From: Entomortierella parvispora E1425
Lineage: Eukaryota; Fungi; Mortierellomycota
Direction: 5' to 3'
DNA length: 64,000 nucleotides
Assembly: GCA_020891255.1 (NCBI GenBank)
Contig: BQFW01000002.1
Location: 1,860,001 to 1,924,000, forward strand
Shown here: positions 1 to 13,147 of the stretch, in pieces
Layout of the letters: the number at the start of each line of letters is the position of its first letter
Numbering within the stretch: the stretch's first letter is position 1
Translations under genes and position numbers: made by a program
Notes under the pieces: generated by a model
Databases searched by the model: none
What the model saw: the letters and a program-made list of their open reading frames with translations, nothing else
Told to the model about the DNA's origin: nothing

Positions 1-1602
1 AGTATCAGCATGTGATTCGCATGGGGTTCTCCTGCAGAGCGCAGCAACGGGTGTACTTACAGCTGATGCATTGTCAACGGTGGCGGCATATTGTTGACCA
101 AATTCATCCTCAAGCCCCAGCTCGAACAAGTACTCGTAGTCGAGAATATCTCGTCTGTTGCACGTGGGGCAGATTGGGCCGGCCTTGTCGCCGCTATTAA
201 AGTAAACACCCAGTCAGAACAGATGCTCCATTGCTCTTTGTTCATTGAAAAGAATCAATCAAGTCCATGCATACCCATAATTGTGCCTGCAGTTGGCACA
301 GATCCTTATTGTAAAGTTGCGAATATCCTTTGGGTGGTAAGAGATTACGCGTACATTGGCAGGCACAAGTACATGGCCATTGTCCTTTCCAGCATTTTTG
401 TTCCGTGCAACTTCTTGCTTGATTTGCTCGGTAAAAACTCGAGTTGAGCCCAAGGAGCCTGCCATCGGAGATGGATCTCGAATGTCCCTGACTGGGGTGG
501 CGAGGCGAGGGGTGAGTCTCTCTTCTTTAATCTCTTCCTGTTGCAATGGCGGTTGTTGCGGCGCTGGTTGTTGCGAGAGGGGTTGTTGAAACGCTGGTAG
601 TTGTGAGAGCGGTAGTTGCGAGAATGGCTGTGAAAATATTTGCGAATCTGGCTGTTGTGTGAATGGTTGTTGTGAAAGTGGCTGTTGTGAGAATGGTGGT
701 GGCAGAAGAGGCTGTGCTAGTTGCTGCAAAAGTGGCTGCAGCACAGGCTGTTTTACAAGTGGTTGCTGTTGCGATTGTGGTTGTTCCAATTGTCGAGGTG
801 GTTGTTCCAATTGTCGAGGCGGTTGTCGCTGCGGCTGTGGTGGCTCATCTTGTGGCGGTTCTTGTTTTGCCATGGTTGCTGGCTCGGCATGGATGGGTTC
901 TAAACCTGCTCCTCTAGTAGACCGTTGGACATCTCTAACATACCGAGATTTCCTACTGGTACCAGATAAGGAGGCATTCAGTTAGCCTCGATCCGTTCAC
1001 TCGTCTGATAGGCATGTACCTTTCTTTCTCTTCTCTCTTGGGAGAATCTATTTACGCTGTCAATGCCCTCGCCAGGTCGTCGTCCTTCGAAAGTAATGAT
1101 ATAGGATTCAGCTGCTTGAAACCGTATCCTCGGTATCCCCGCATTGCCAGTTCAATCCTTCCACCGGTGACCCTGCAAACGAGGTTCTTTAGATACACAA
1201 TATGACCCGCTTGGATTCCCATGGATCTGGCCGCATGGTGATGTTCGTCCCACAACGTAATCAACAAAGATGCCTTCCCGATGGGCCTGTTGTCGCCTTC
1301 GTTGTAATAGGGCAGTTTTTCATGTTCAGTATAGTCGGTGACTGTCAAGACCATGTTCTTGTCCGAGTCAAAGATCGAGCAGACCTACACAAAGTTTTGG
1401 GTTTGTTGGTGCCTGAAGGTCAAAAACGCGCCGACACGGTTGGTTCGTCAACATTGGATAGGCAGACAGAGAAGCGTCTTACCTCAGCGACCAAGTCACA
1501 AAAGACGTTCTCCCGCAAGTGATGAACCGTGCTCAACTTTGATGTCGGCGCAGGTGGAATGTTTCCTGACAGGTAGCTGACCTGTCCCTCGGGAATGTCC
1601 AT
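1..1602 (-). CDS. POT1: POT1-like telomere ssDNA-binding protein (OB2-like fold, Gln/Pro linker, C-terminal OB with Zn ribbon); 3' end runs off the window
   Basis: ATG at 1602 (ACCACCATG). Spliced reading MDIPEGQ...ENVFCDLVAE|VCSIFDSDKNMVLTVTDYTEH...ITLWDEH...VYLKNL...IELAMRG matches the POT1 second OB fold. Downstream exons give VRVISYHPKDIRNFTIRICANC...CPTC...YEYLFELGLED. Introns have GT..AG ends. Confidence 0.75.
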
Positions 1603-2776
1603 GGTGGTTGTTTGAGAGTGCAATTGGTGGCGCCAATGAGGATGAAAACAACGGATCACGCGATCCTTTTGTCCTGGATGAGCCCGTTACTGGCAATGTA
1701 GCAGGGGCGGGTCAGTAAAGTGATGAGTGTGAGGATGCTGACAAAAAGGGACGCGGTCGGATGCAGTCTGTCCAATGGATTGAAGAGAGGAAGGAAGGGA
1801 AGAGGGACGACGACAGGGGAACGAAGTGTCGAGACGAGACTCGGGACTCGAGACTAATGAAGTTAGTCACAATAATTAGACCGGTTCTTTTACTCTAAAT
1901 AGACTATTCCAAGAAATAAAAGAAACGAAGGGAAAAAAAAAAAAAAAAAAAGCACACCTTCGTCCCCCCCCTTCCCTCTTTTTTTTTTCTTTTTCTTTTT
2001 TCTTCATCTCTTCATCTCTCTCCCTCTCCCTCTCCCTCTCCTCCCTTCATTAACCGCCGCCTTCTCTCTTCCTTTCTCCCCTCCCTCCTCCCCACGCGGC
2101 TCTCCTCTCCGTTAGTCGTTCGTCGTCCAAGTGCATTGAATCCATCCACGCTCCTCCTCGCGTTGCACATCAGGTCCCTCCGCAACACTTCGCTCCGTCT
2201 TTCGCGTATGCCCCTCCCCCACTGCTTCATTCTGTTATTTCTGTTACACCTTGCGCTGCCTTTGCTTGCCTTGCCCTTGCTCCTTTGCATTTCAGATTGA
2301 TCCTCGCTAGTGTCGAGTCGACATCCTTTCCTCCCAATCCCCACCGGCGCTCTCATTCCTTCCCTTGCGTTTGAGTTCTTTTTTTATATTTCCGCGGGAG
2401 CGGAGCGCGTGCCCAACGCTCCCTTGCAGGGCAGGGGCCAGCCTCTCCTTTGTACTTGCTTTGTGCTGCATGTGGATTACCATCCATTTGCTGAACGGCG
2501 CATGGGTGGTTTGGTTTGATGGATGCACTAATGACGGTCGCCATTTTGGTACAAACTCTCCACTGACGGAATCACCCTTGTCCATCCATCATCTCCCTAC
2601 CTTGATCGCGTTTGCCTTTTGTATTTTCTGTCTTTATTACTCTTCTCCAACCTCTTGCGCATACCTAACAAAGCTCTTGACCCGTATTGTCCACTCAACA
2701 GCATAGACCCGTCGCCTCTCGCTTCCCTGTTCAACACCACTCCCTTTAGCACTTTTCTCACCAAAGCACCCATCAC

Positions 2777-5700
2777 ATGGCCGAATCCATGGCCGAAGTT
2801 CGCCCTTCTCCCCAACAGTCGCCCCGACAGCCATCGAAACCTTCCACTCTGGCCACGCTCGAGACTGTGGCCCAGGCTCGGTCCGAACTCGAGGCTCGTC
2901 TGACAGGCATCCACGATGATCTGCAACTGACCCAGACAATTGGTCTCTTGTTCGTGAAGCGTCAGGAGGATCTTAAAAACTGCTTTGACCAACTGCAACA
3001 ACTGAATGCTCAGGAACAAAGTCTCAATGCCGAAGCCGATGCCGACGCAGCAAAATTGCCCGAATCCTTTCGTGAACAGCTCGCACAGCTGGACAGGGAG
3101 TTCCAGGAGGGTCAAAATGGAATCGAAGGACTCAAGGGATTGATTGACGCCCAGCTGGTGAGTTCCCTGTTCATCGGGGGTGCATGGTTACGTGCATGCG
3201 TGTGTGCGTGCGTGCAAGAGACGGCGTGGGTGGATGGAAGAGTGATTGCAGGGGCGATAGGCTTTTTTTGAACCACTTTCCACGTTGACCACAAAAAAAA
3301 ACAAGATCATCTAGGAAATTTTTCAGAGGATATTATTCTGCATACCGTTGAGCCTTATCGAGGCGGCAGTGACACGAGGGTGGCAGAGAGTGCAGAAGAG
3401 CGAGAAGCAAAAATAAGAGAGTAGGAGAGAGATGCAAGAGTGAAATGAAAAGGGTGCACGCGCGCAAGGCATGCGGGCATGAATAGAAACAGAGAGAGGG
3501 TCCCCTGTCCCATTTTTTTTTTTTTTTTTTTTGGGTGCTCTCAAACCTCACTTTCATTTAATTTCGGTTTGCAAAATGTGAACTACTCTTCTTTGGTGCA
3601 GATGAGCAGTGTCTGTGCTGCTGAGGCTGGGAAGCTGGCTCTTCATCTATTCCCTCACTCACCCATTCCCTCATTCAACCGATGATAATAGCCCCAAACT
3701 CAGTCTACCATGGATCTTTCGTCGTCGCGGTCAGGATCAATCCTCGCTCCAAGCGCCTTCCCGTCCACCAGCACCCTCCCAGCTCAGACCATCACCAAGC
3801 CACGTCGTCATAAGGTGGTCATGAACTCTACTCCTTCAGCCAACGACGCTGCCTTCCCCCTGCAGATCCAGGAAGAGCTTCTGAACCAGGTCCGTTACTG
3901 GACATCTCAAGCAGAGATGAAGGAGAAGTTAAACCAGGAATACGACACCAAGATTACCGAGCAGGAGCGTATTATCGACGCCCTGAACAAGCAGCGCCGC
4001 CTGAGGGAAGAGAATGAAGGTAAATTCAAAAATAGGATCGTGCTCATGTTTTCTCGATAATTCTCAGTGAGCGGAGCATGATAGTTACTCATACCAATGA
4101 CCCTAAAAACACTTGCTTTCGAATAGAGCGACAGAAGGAAGACCAGTGGAATCTGGAGCTGCAGAACCAGGAACTTCGAAACCAAAACACGGAATTGCAA
4201 CAGCAATTATCCAGGGCAGGTCACGAGAATGCAAAGATTCAAAAGGCCTTTGCCTCTGCCACAGAACAACTCGAGCAGCTCAAGGACAAGGAAGAAAAGA
4301 CTGCCAACCAGCTGGAGATTGTGAAACAAAGACACGAGCAGGACATGACGACGATGCGCAAGCATATGACTGGCATCCAACGCGAGAAGTCTGAGCTTTT
4401 GAGCAAGGTTGAAGACCTCAACACGACCATGACCCTCCAACAGCAAAAACTTTCCAAGAAGGCGACGCTTGAAGCCATCGCGCTGGCTCAGGAAATGGAG
4501 GAAAAAGAGCGACAAGAGCTAGAGTACTCGGGAGAGACGCCTATTTTAATTCAGGCCCCTGCACGTCTTGCTAGCGATGACACTAGCAGCGCGTCTGCTC
4601 TTGCTGCTACGGCCACTGAACCCAAGATCGCATCCTTGGCACGGGAGACTTCCTTTGCACACCAGCAGTCGATTATCAGCGAGCTGCAGTCGAAGCTTGG
4701 AAAGGAAATCACCGAAAAGGAAGAGTTAATCTCGGCCAAGGAAGAGCTGCTAATGGAGAAGGAAGAGCTTGTCAAGCTGTTGGCGGATCGTGAGGAAACT
4801 ATCGAGACGATGAGGCTGGAAGGCGCAGCGCCGTTCGAACACCCCTCTGTTTCCAAGAGGTCTAGCATGGCTCTCATTGGAGGACACGGATCCCGACATG
4901 CCTCCGATATGGGCCACTTGGATGACCATGACCAATATGATCATCGTGATCTGAGCATGTCCTTGTCCGACAACAACTCTCACGATTTCAGCACTGGCCG
5001 TGCTTCTCCCTTCCCAGCCGGAGGATTGTTTGCGGAATTGGCACAGGCGACTTCAAGCAACAACATCAAATCCTCAGTAGAATACAAGGATCAGGAAATG
5101 ATGACCGAACCCATTGAAAGCTGGGTCCATACCGTCCCTGGAATCGCAGACTTGATCCATCCTACTCCTGCCCCCATTCATGTGACTGAGAACGAGAGCG
5201 TGGATGGACCTAGTGTACCAATCGACTCATCTGCAGAAGCAGCCATCACTGGCAAGACCGGAACCGAGACAAAGGCTATCAATTCGCTCGAAGAGGTGGC
5301 CGCACATGATGTTATCGCTGCTCTCGGCATTTCTGCAGCACAGGACGCACTGTCCAATGGCCATCCTGATATCACCAAGGAAAACGAGCCACATACCCAC
5401 TCTGCTGATGCTGTCAGTGCCAGTCTATCGGAACCTTCAAGCGAGCAAGCACTGGAAGAGCCAGTGCCACGCGTAGCCAAATCGGATGTTGTTCTTGACG
5501 AGGAGCGAAGACATACCTGCGATATGAGTCAAACTATTATCGATACTCTTCCAATGCCTCCTGTTCCTGCAATTCCCAAAGACTTTGATTCGAAGCACTC
5601 GAGCATGGCAGAGCCCGAGACTCGGGACTTCAAGGTGTCTATTGGCTCTGCATTTGGAGGAAACTCATCAGCTACCGACACTGGCAAGATCCAAACCGTT

Positions 5701-7247
5701 TACACACAAAATGGAGACGCTGAAGAAGAGGGTGCTGTTCATAACCAGGAGGAGCCTTACGTTGCTCCAGTAGCTGCCGCTGTTGCTGCCGCCGCCAATG
5801 AAAAGGGTGCAACCGCTGCCTCCCCTGCTTCACCTGCTTTGGACAAAGTGGTCGTTTTGGCTTCCACTGAAGACAGTATTGCCAAGAATGGAAGCAATGA
5901 CCAAAAGGGAACCGATAACGCTACGGATATTTCCACGAAAGCTGAGAAGACCTCGGCCCCTCCAACCACGATTGTATCTGTCTTGTCTAGCACAACGTAT
6001 ACCTACGACCACGAAGACGAGCCAGTTGTTCAGCCTCAGGTGGTCATGGCTCCAGTGTACCATCATCATCACCATCACCATATTGTCACGGATGCATCTG
6101 GAGCTACAGTGGGTCGCGACGCTAAAGGCCCTCCTTCACCCAGTGGATCCATCTCTACCATTTCCACTGAATACCAAGGCCAATACCGTCATGGCAGGAG
6201 AATGTCGAACGACTCGAGTTACGAGCTGCAACTGACAACACCAACCATGATCCAACTCATCACTCAAACCATGATTGGTGATTATCTGTGGAAGTACACC
6301 CGAAGACGTATGGCGAACATGATGAGCGAAAAGAGACATAGACGCTATGTGTGGATTCACCCCTACAACAAGACCATGTACTGGTCTTTGAGTAACCCTG
6401 GTGATCAAGGTGCACGGGAGCAGAAGGCAAAGAGTGGTAAGTATTACGTCCCATGGTCATCTGGACCTTGAAACAACTAATTGCTTGGTGTCAAGACTCT
6501 GAATTAATTATCGAACCTTTTCTTTCTTTTTTTCTGTACTAGCTTTCATCCTTGCGGTGTTCCAAATATCCAACGAAGGTGCAGGTGGTCAGAACTCTGA
6601 TGCCCACAATGTCAGTCTTTTGGTGCAGACCACCAGCCGTAACATCAAGTTGACGGCTCCAAACCGTGAAAAGCACGAGATGTGGTTCCAGGTTTGTCAA
6701 AATCCATGTTCTGTTGATGTTTAAAGTCAATACATCCTTTGTTGCTCACCAACGTCGTTTTTAATTTTATCAATATTCCTAGTCCATCACCTATCTTCTT
6801 TCACGCCCCAACTCGCCTGGCGTAGACATTCCCTCGGACAACCAGACTTGGTCTGAGGTGCAGGCGAATGGAGGTCTTGCCACTTCTTCCTCCGGTATTG
6901 CCAACGACGCTGTTCTCAACCTTCGACAGCAGAGCGAGAAGGCCAATTCTCTCCATAAGAAAGGCAGCTTGACGCGACTACACGGAATGTTTAGACGAAA
7001 CTCGAGCACAGTTTCGCTTACCCCCTCCGGAGTTGGCTCGCCTAGAATTTCACCTTCGGGACTGGCGGCATCGAACGTAACGACGACCACAGGGGCCTCG
7101 GACAGACAGGCAAAGACCCAGAGCGTTGTTGGCTATCCTAGCCACCTTGCCCAGAGCAACCTTGTGGGTGGCAACGGTACTGTCAACGGTGGATCGATCC
7201 TTGCACAGGCGCAAGGTCAACACCAGCATACTCTTAGCGGTCCATGA
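2777..7247 (+). CDS. Num1/Mcp5/ApsA-like cortical anchor (coiled coil plus C-terminal PH domain)
   Basis: Exons about 2777-3158, 3691-4020, 4127-6437, 6543-6691, 6783-7247. Long coiled coil, then ITQTMIGDYLWKYTRRR...KRHRRYVWIHPYNKTMYWS...LLVQTTSRNIKLTAPNREKHEMWFQSITYLL, typical of the Mcp5/Num1 PH domain. Confidence 0.8.
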
Positions 7248-7825
7248 GATTGACTTGGAAGAAGCCCTCTGCGCATCAAGAGACTCTTTATCTATTTATC
7301 ACTGACAGACAAACATATAACAAACAGGCGGTTCCTCAGACACAACAAACAAAACCAGAAACGACATACCTTTCAACTGACCTTTTGCCATGACCAAGCA
7401 ATTCACCCACCTCACTTCACGCCACCAACGACTGTACACAAAACAAAAACCCGAAACGAAATAAAATAATTATCCAGACCATCAACCCAGAAACCTAACC
7501 CAACCCAACCCAACCCAACCCAGCCGCACGCTCACCATCCTAGACTGCTGCAGTGTAATTTCATGCCCAACGGCCGCGCTCTCTCGTGTAGCCAATCACC
7601 GTCACCCCTGTGCCTGAAAACGGATTATCTTCGCTCGCCTTTTTCCATTCTTCCTTCAAAAGCCTGCTCGCCTCTTTTCTCTCTTCTCTTTTCTCTTTTC
7701 TTTTTCTCCAAAGCACTTTACCTTTCCCCCTCACACTTGGATTACTTCCTTACCTTACCCTTCCCCTCCCCTTCTCACCTTCTCAACCCTCCCTCCCTCC
7801 ACCTCCACCTCCCTCTATAAACACA

Positions 7826-8519
7826 ATGCGTTTCACCATCATTGCTGCCGCCGCCACCCTCGTCAGCGCCGTTGCTGCCCAGTACCAGGTACGATACCTG
7901 GCTTTATCCGTGACAGCTCGCTCGCTCACCTCGACGACTGTCTGGTTTCAATTGCAGCCTCAAGACGATCTGCTTGACACTTATACATTGACTCCTCCCC
8001 TGACTCTATCTCTCTTTGTTCTCTCTCAATCAGGCCTTCATTACCGCCCCCATCGGTACCACTGAGTGGACCTCTGCTTCCTCTGTCACCATCACTTGGA
8101 ACTTGAACGCCACCGCCAAGGCCCTTCCTTTGGCCGTTGACTTGTTCACTGGCGATCCCTCTCACCAGACCTCCGTCGCTTCTCTCGGAACGTCGACCGC
8201 TGGATCCTCTTCCATCAAGGTTACCTTGCCCAAGGTCGCCTCTAACTGGTACTCCGTTCGCGTTGGTGACTCTTGGTCCCACTACTTCATCATCAAGGGT
8301 GATGGTGCTGTCCCCTCCGGTGGCCCCCCAACTGCCGCCGCCACCACCGCTCCCGCCGCCACCACCACCAGCGCTGCCTCTCTTCCCACCAGCACTGGTA
8401 GCGCCACCACTACTGCCGTTGCTACCCCTACCCCCACCAAGTCTGGCGCCAACCTCCTCTCTGCTGCCCCTGCTGCCTTGGCCGCTGTTGCCGCTGCTGC
8501 CGCTGCCCTTGCCTTCTAA
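7826..8519 (+). CDS. Secreted Ser/Thr-rich GPI-anchored cell-wall protein (Kre9/Knh1-like N-terminal domain)
   Basis: Signal peptide MRFTIIAAAATLVSAVAAQ; one intron about 7889-8033; ITAPIGTTEWTSASSVTITW domain; Thr/Ala stalk; hydrophobic tail SGANLLSAAPAALAAVAAAAAALAF*; strong codon bias. Confidence 0.8.
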
Positions 8520-9722
8520 GGACAGGACATGACAGGACTAGGACTAGGACAGGATAGACGATGTAGAGATGAATCGAAGAAATTGGATACCTGTATGCAT
8601 GAGTAATAAAAAAATGACAATCCAAAACCCAAAACCATCCCAGGGACAGATACACCCGCCCTTTTTTTTTTTTTTTTTTTTTCTTTCCGCGAATGTTTGT
8701 TATGACTAAGGGAGACGCGATCTGTGCTTAGTGGATCAGCAAGATGAACGTCATGATGGTTGTGCATCCTTTTTTCCCTCCATCTAGTCTCCATTGTCGG
8801 TACGGTAGTTCATCTCGGTCCCTGTGTGCCTGACCCTGCCTCTATCATCACTCTGGGTTGTTTTGTGTTCAAGTCCTGAACCAACTGTGTGTTTACCCAC
8901 TGTCCAAGACGGATGGTTTTCCTTGGGAGAATGATCACGTTTTGACCAATCAAAGCCATTAAAATTTATGTCACATCTGCTCTCAGGCGTTTTTATTTAT
9001 TATTTTTCGGTTCAATCGCGGTCAGTCTGGACCTCTCAACACCCCATATTGAGTTGCTTGACACGGAACAAAAAAGGCGAACCGCAAAAAAGAAACAAAA
9101 GAAGGCGAGCGAGAGAGATGCTCATGAATGCTCTCGATTCGTGCATTGAAAAAAAAACAACAAAGGCTGGAAAGATGACTGAAAGAGACAAGAGAGTGAA
9201 TGAAAAAAATTGAGAGCACTTCGCTTGCAGCATTCCCGTGGTTGCTCGTCAAAAGGGTTGTTGTTAGTCTTGCGCGATTTGCAAAGCGAGTTTTGGACAC
9301 CACTCTCGGTCAACCTTCCCAAATCAATTTAATTGATCACCAAATTGGCGCCTTGCTTCACTTTGTGCCTGTCACTTGGCAAAAGGAGAATGTGGCCGAG
9401 ATGAATGGACTCGGTGGCGAATGAGAGATGGGGAAGAGGACAGAGGAAGAAAAAAAAAAGAAAGAAAAAAAAAAACGTGACTGCCACGAAAACCACGGGA
9501 GCGGGGGTATGTTGCCAGAGATGCAGCCCAGAGATGAATCCACCTCTCCCCTCGCCTTGGCCTCGACTGGAACGCATTCAGGAATCCATTTGACAAAACC
9601 CACTGCATCCACCTTCTCTGTTCATTCGCTCTACGGAACGACCAAACCCAGCCCCCGCGTTTTTTTATTATCATTTTGGATTTGTTTACAAAATTCACAC
9701 GAGCATCCACTACGATTGTGAT

Positions 9723-10953
9723 ATGGAGCCTACTCAAGTACCACCACGACGACACAGTCCGATCCTGGGGGCTCCTGAGGGCGATTCAGAGATCCGGAGT
9801 ATCCTCAAAAAGAGCACCACGGCCTCCGACAACAACACCGCTCCCAGGTAAAAAAAAACATATTGCATATGAAAAAAGGGCCAAAAAAACACAAAGAGCA
9901 GCCATGCACAAACAAAAATACAGATCAGAAGAAGATAAAAAAAAAGTGGGTTGAGTAACGGTGAGCTTTGGCCATGCTCAATATTGTCTTCTGACGGTCG
10001 GTCTTCGGTGGGGAAAGGCAATCGCTTGCCCCTGCCTCCTTCCCGCGCGTCCAAATTGCATCATTGGAAGGATCGAATTAGGAGAAAGGAAAGGAGATTA
10101 ATCTTCTTTTGTGTGTGTGTATGTTCAAAATAGATTGAAGTGGGACGAACAAAATTTGATCATTACCGAGGCACAAAAGGATTCAACAATGAAGATTGAT
10201 GAGCCCAAGACGCCATACATCCACTACAACTATGAGGAGGACAGAGTTATGGCCCCAGAAGGTAATGACTGCATTGCAAGAACATTCTTTTTTTGTGCTT
10301 GTCTGGTCAGGAAAGGGGGAGTGATTTTCCTTTTCTTTCTGTGGTGTTTGTGCATGCTCTAGTTATTGTTATTTTCCTTTTTCTCACAGGTTGATATGCT
10401 ACATACACCATGCGTAGAAATCTTCATGTTGGATGGACCCAAGAAGAAGAGACTTGCGCTCTCTCATACGCCGCCAGTTCCATCTTATATGAAGGGATTG
10501 CCTGACGAGGATGAGGATGAGGATGAGGATGAGGAGGATGATGATGACGATGATGATCGGGAACGGGACCCTGACGAGTGGCAAGATTCAGAAGATGAGC
10601 AAGATATCCCCACCGGAGGCAAGCCAGGTAAGATAGACCGTGACAAAGGCACCACACTCGTCCAAGAAGGATTGTTATCTTCTACGCATGGCGATGCAAG
10701 GGACAAGACAAACAGACAGATAGACAGACTAGGATACTTACATTGGTTTCCTTTAGGTGATCATGACAAGTTTGCAAGACTGCGCGCAGAACATTACAAG
10801 ATGAAGAAAGATATCCAACTGGGCCGACAGCTTGCCGATGAAGATGACGAGGATGAGAGCGAAGATGAGAGTGAGTCAAGGGGTGCCGCTTCAGGATCAA
10901 AAAGCAGGTCCGAGAAGGCCGACGACGAAGACTCGCTGGACATGGAGCTTTGA
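9723..10953 (+). CDS. GLC8: Protein phosphatase 1 inhibitor-2 (Glc8/IPP-2)
   Basis: Spliced reading contains RSILKK (SILK motif), [22 protein letters not shown] and [15 protein letters not shown], plus acidic tracts. Three GT..AG introns. Confidence 0.85.
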
Positions 10954-11178
10954 AAGAAATAAACTCAACTCCCACCGTTTTTTGCACATTTTTGGTGGCG
11001 CAACTTCTTCCTAGAACGATGCATGCATGTCAAATTGATCGTTGCACCTCTTTTCCTTTCCCTCCACTTCTCGCCATTCCCGACAATCCTTTTTAGGCGA
11101 GACTGATCTCTTGCCCCTCTCCACTGCACTTTACTCACTCGTCCTCCTGTTGGTTGCATCCTTGTTCAAGCAGCAATC

Positions 11179-12908
11179 ATGCCTCCACAGCCTACAATGT
11201 CCATTGCAGCCACACTGGCCGCGCATCGGAGTAAAGCCGCCATTACAAACAAGTACCAACCCACAGGACAATCTGCCGGTCCATCAAAAACACCACCCCC
11301 TGCGTCGCCATCAATACCGCTTTCATCCTCGCGTCAACAACCGCCGCCATCATCATCATCACAACAGAGCAGCAAGAATACCTCGTTAACGACTCTGCCA
11401 CCACAGTCTAGTCGGAATAATCGATCTGTGCCCAAGGCAGCTCCACAACACTTGCCAATCTATGTGGACAAGGTGGTCACGGAAGCGACAGGATCTTCTG
11501 TCAATGCATGTCAATACAACACTACTGGAGAATACATTCTCACGGGTGGCAAGGACCGCACGATCCGTCTCTGGAACCCAGAGAAACGATACTGTATCAA
11601 GACATATGAAGCTCATGGCTGGGAGGTATTTGATCTGGCGGTATCCCCCGAGAATGGAAAGTTTGCAAGCTGTGGAGGAGACAAAACTGTGTTTCTCTGG
11701 GATGTGCTTTCTGGTACAACCCTTCGTCGATTTTCTGGCCATACACAGGTACATTTCACTTCAGGACTTTCCTACATTTTAAAAGAAATCGTGCCCGAGA
11801 CTAAAGTCGCTCGTCCCTCTTTCATCATATAGCGTGTTAATGCAGTCGAGTTTAACGACGACGGAACAGTGGTAGCATCAGGTGAGTGAAAGAATGGTGT
11901 TCTTGTTGGAATATGCCTGTGGACCCCGAGAGTTCGGAACTGAAAACTAAAAGATTTTGGTCAAAATATATGTTAGGATCATACGACGCCACGATCCGTT
12001 TGTGGGATTGCAGGTTGGTTAACGGTCCAGCATTCACGCGTGTTTTCAATGAAGTTTGACTATTATCACTTTAGTTGCTCAACATTTTTGACTTTCTCCA
12101 CTAGGTCTCAGCTCTATACACCTATTCAGGTCCTGGAAGAGTTCAAGGATAGTGTCACCTCTATTGAAATCAGAGGAAGTGACCTGCTTGCCGGGTATGT
12201 GCTTCATGTTCTGGAAAAGTGAAGAGAACGCGGATCAAATACACGAGGAGGGTTTCTTGTATTGACATATCTTGTAATCAATCGTGATTTAGGTGCGTCG
12301 ATGGGTCGATCCGAATTTACGATATCCGTATGGGATCCCTTATCACGGATCAGATATTTGGTAACAGGTTCATTTCAGCATGCAACCGTCAGCATTAAAC
12401 TACCTGCCCATTGGCTAAACACGTCCTTTTTTTCCTTATAACTATAGAACCGGTCACCTCTGTGTGTTTCTCGAAGGACGGCAATTGCATACTGGCCAGC
12501 TCTCTGGATGATACAATTCGCCTCATGGATCGCGCAAATGGTGGATTACTCAATGCATATAAGGGACACAAGAATCACGAATATAAGATCCGATCCTGTC
12601 TTTCCAACTCGGATGCACATGTGATTAGCGGTTCAGAAGATGGCAAGATTTATATGTGGGATTTGATCGAGGTAAAAACGTTGAGCCAGGAATGTTCACT
12701 GTTCGATGGTTATTGCTCTCATACTTACCATATGTGCCTTTATGTACGTACACTGAAATAGAGTGAGGTTGTCCACAAGATCGACGCACACTCCAAGTTG
12801 GTGTCGTCTGTTGCTTACCACCCAAAGGAGGACAGGATGTGCTCAGCCAGTATTGACGGATCTATCAAAACCTGGGCGACTTCACCCACAGAAGAGACAT
12901 GGAAATAA
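11179..12908 (+). CDS. WD40 protein WDR83/MORG1-like with Ser/Pro/Gln-rich N-terminal extension
   Basis: YILTGGKDRTIRLWNP...CIKTYEAHGWEVFDLAVS...FASCGGDKTVFLWDV...RRFSGHTQ and CILASSLDDTIRLMDRANGGLLNAYKGHKNHEYKIRSC. Last exon ends ...IKTWATSPTEETWK* at 12908. Confidence 0.8.
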
Positions 12909-13147
12909 AATAAAAAAAAATCACCGCGTCCACGTGACCACGTTGCACAATGGTTAGACCATGCGACCATGGTCGCATGTTGCAACATCCCTCTTCCTTC
13001 CTTCAAAGCTCGTCATTAATCTATTCTCTTCGTGACAGAACCTATTCACCTATTATTATCCCGGCGGACACGACACAGTCTCACAGACCTTGACCACTCT
13101 TCCCTACCCCAACCATAAGAAGGCGTCTAGTCAGACCAGGAGCTCGC

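Noticed and set aside
659-985. Cys/Gly-rich plus-strand ORF resembling a metallothionein
   Set aside because: It is the antisense of the CAA/CAG/CCN-rich Gln/Pro linker of the POT1 exon.
7494-7522. (CCAAC)n run resembling telomeric repeat
   Set aside because: Only about 5 units in a 3'UTR-like region; an ordinary microsatellite.
8736-8851. Possible C/D snoRNA on the minus strand (GTGATGA...CTGA)
   Set aside because: No convincing terminal stem or recognisable rRNA guide; the motifs are short enough to occur by chance.
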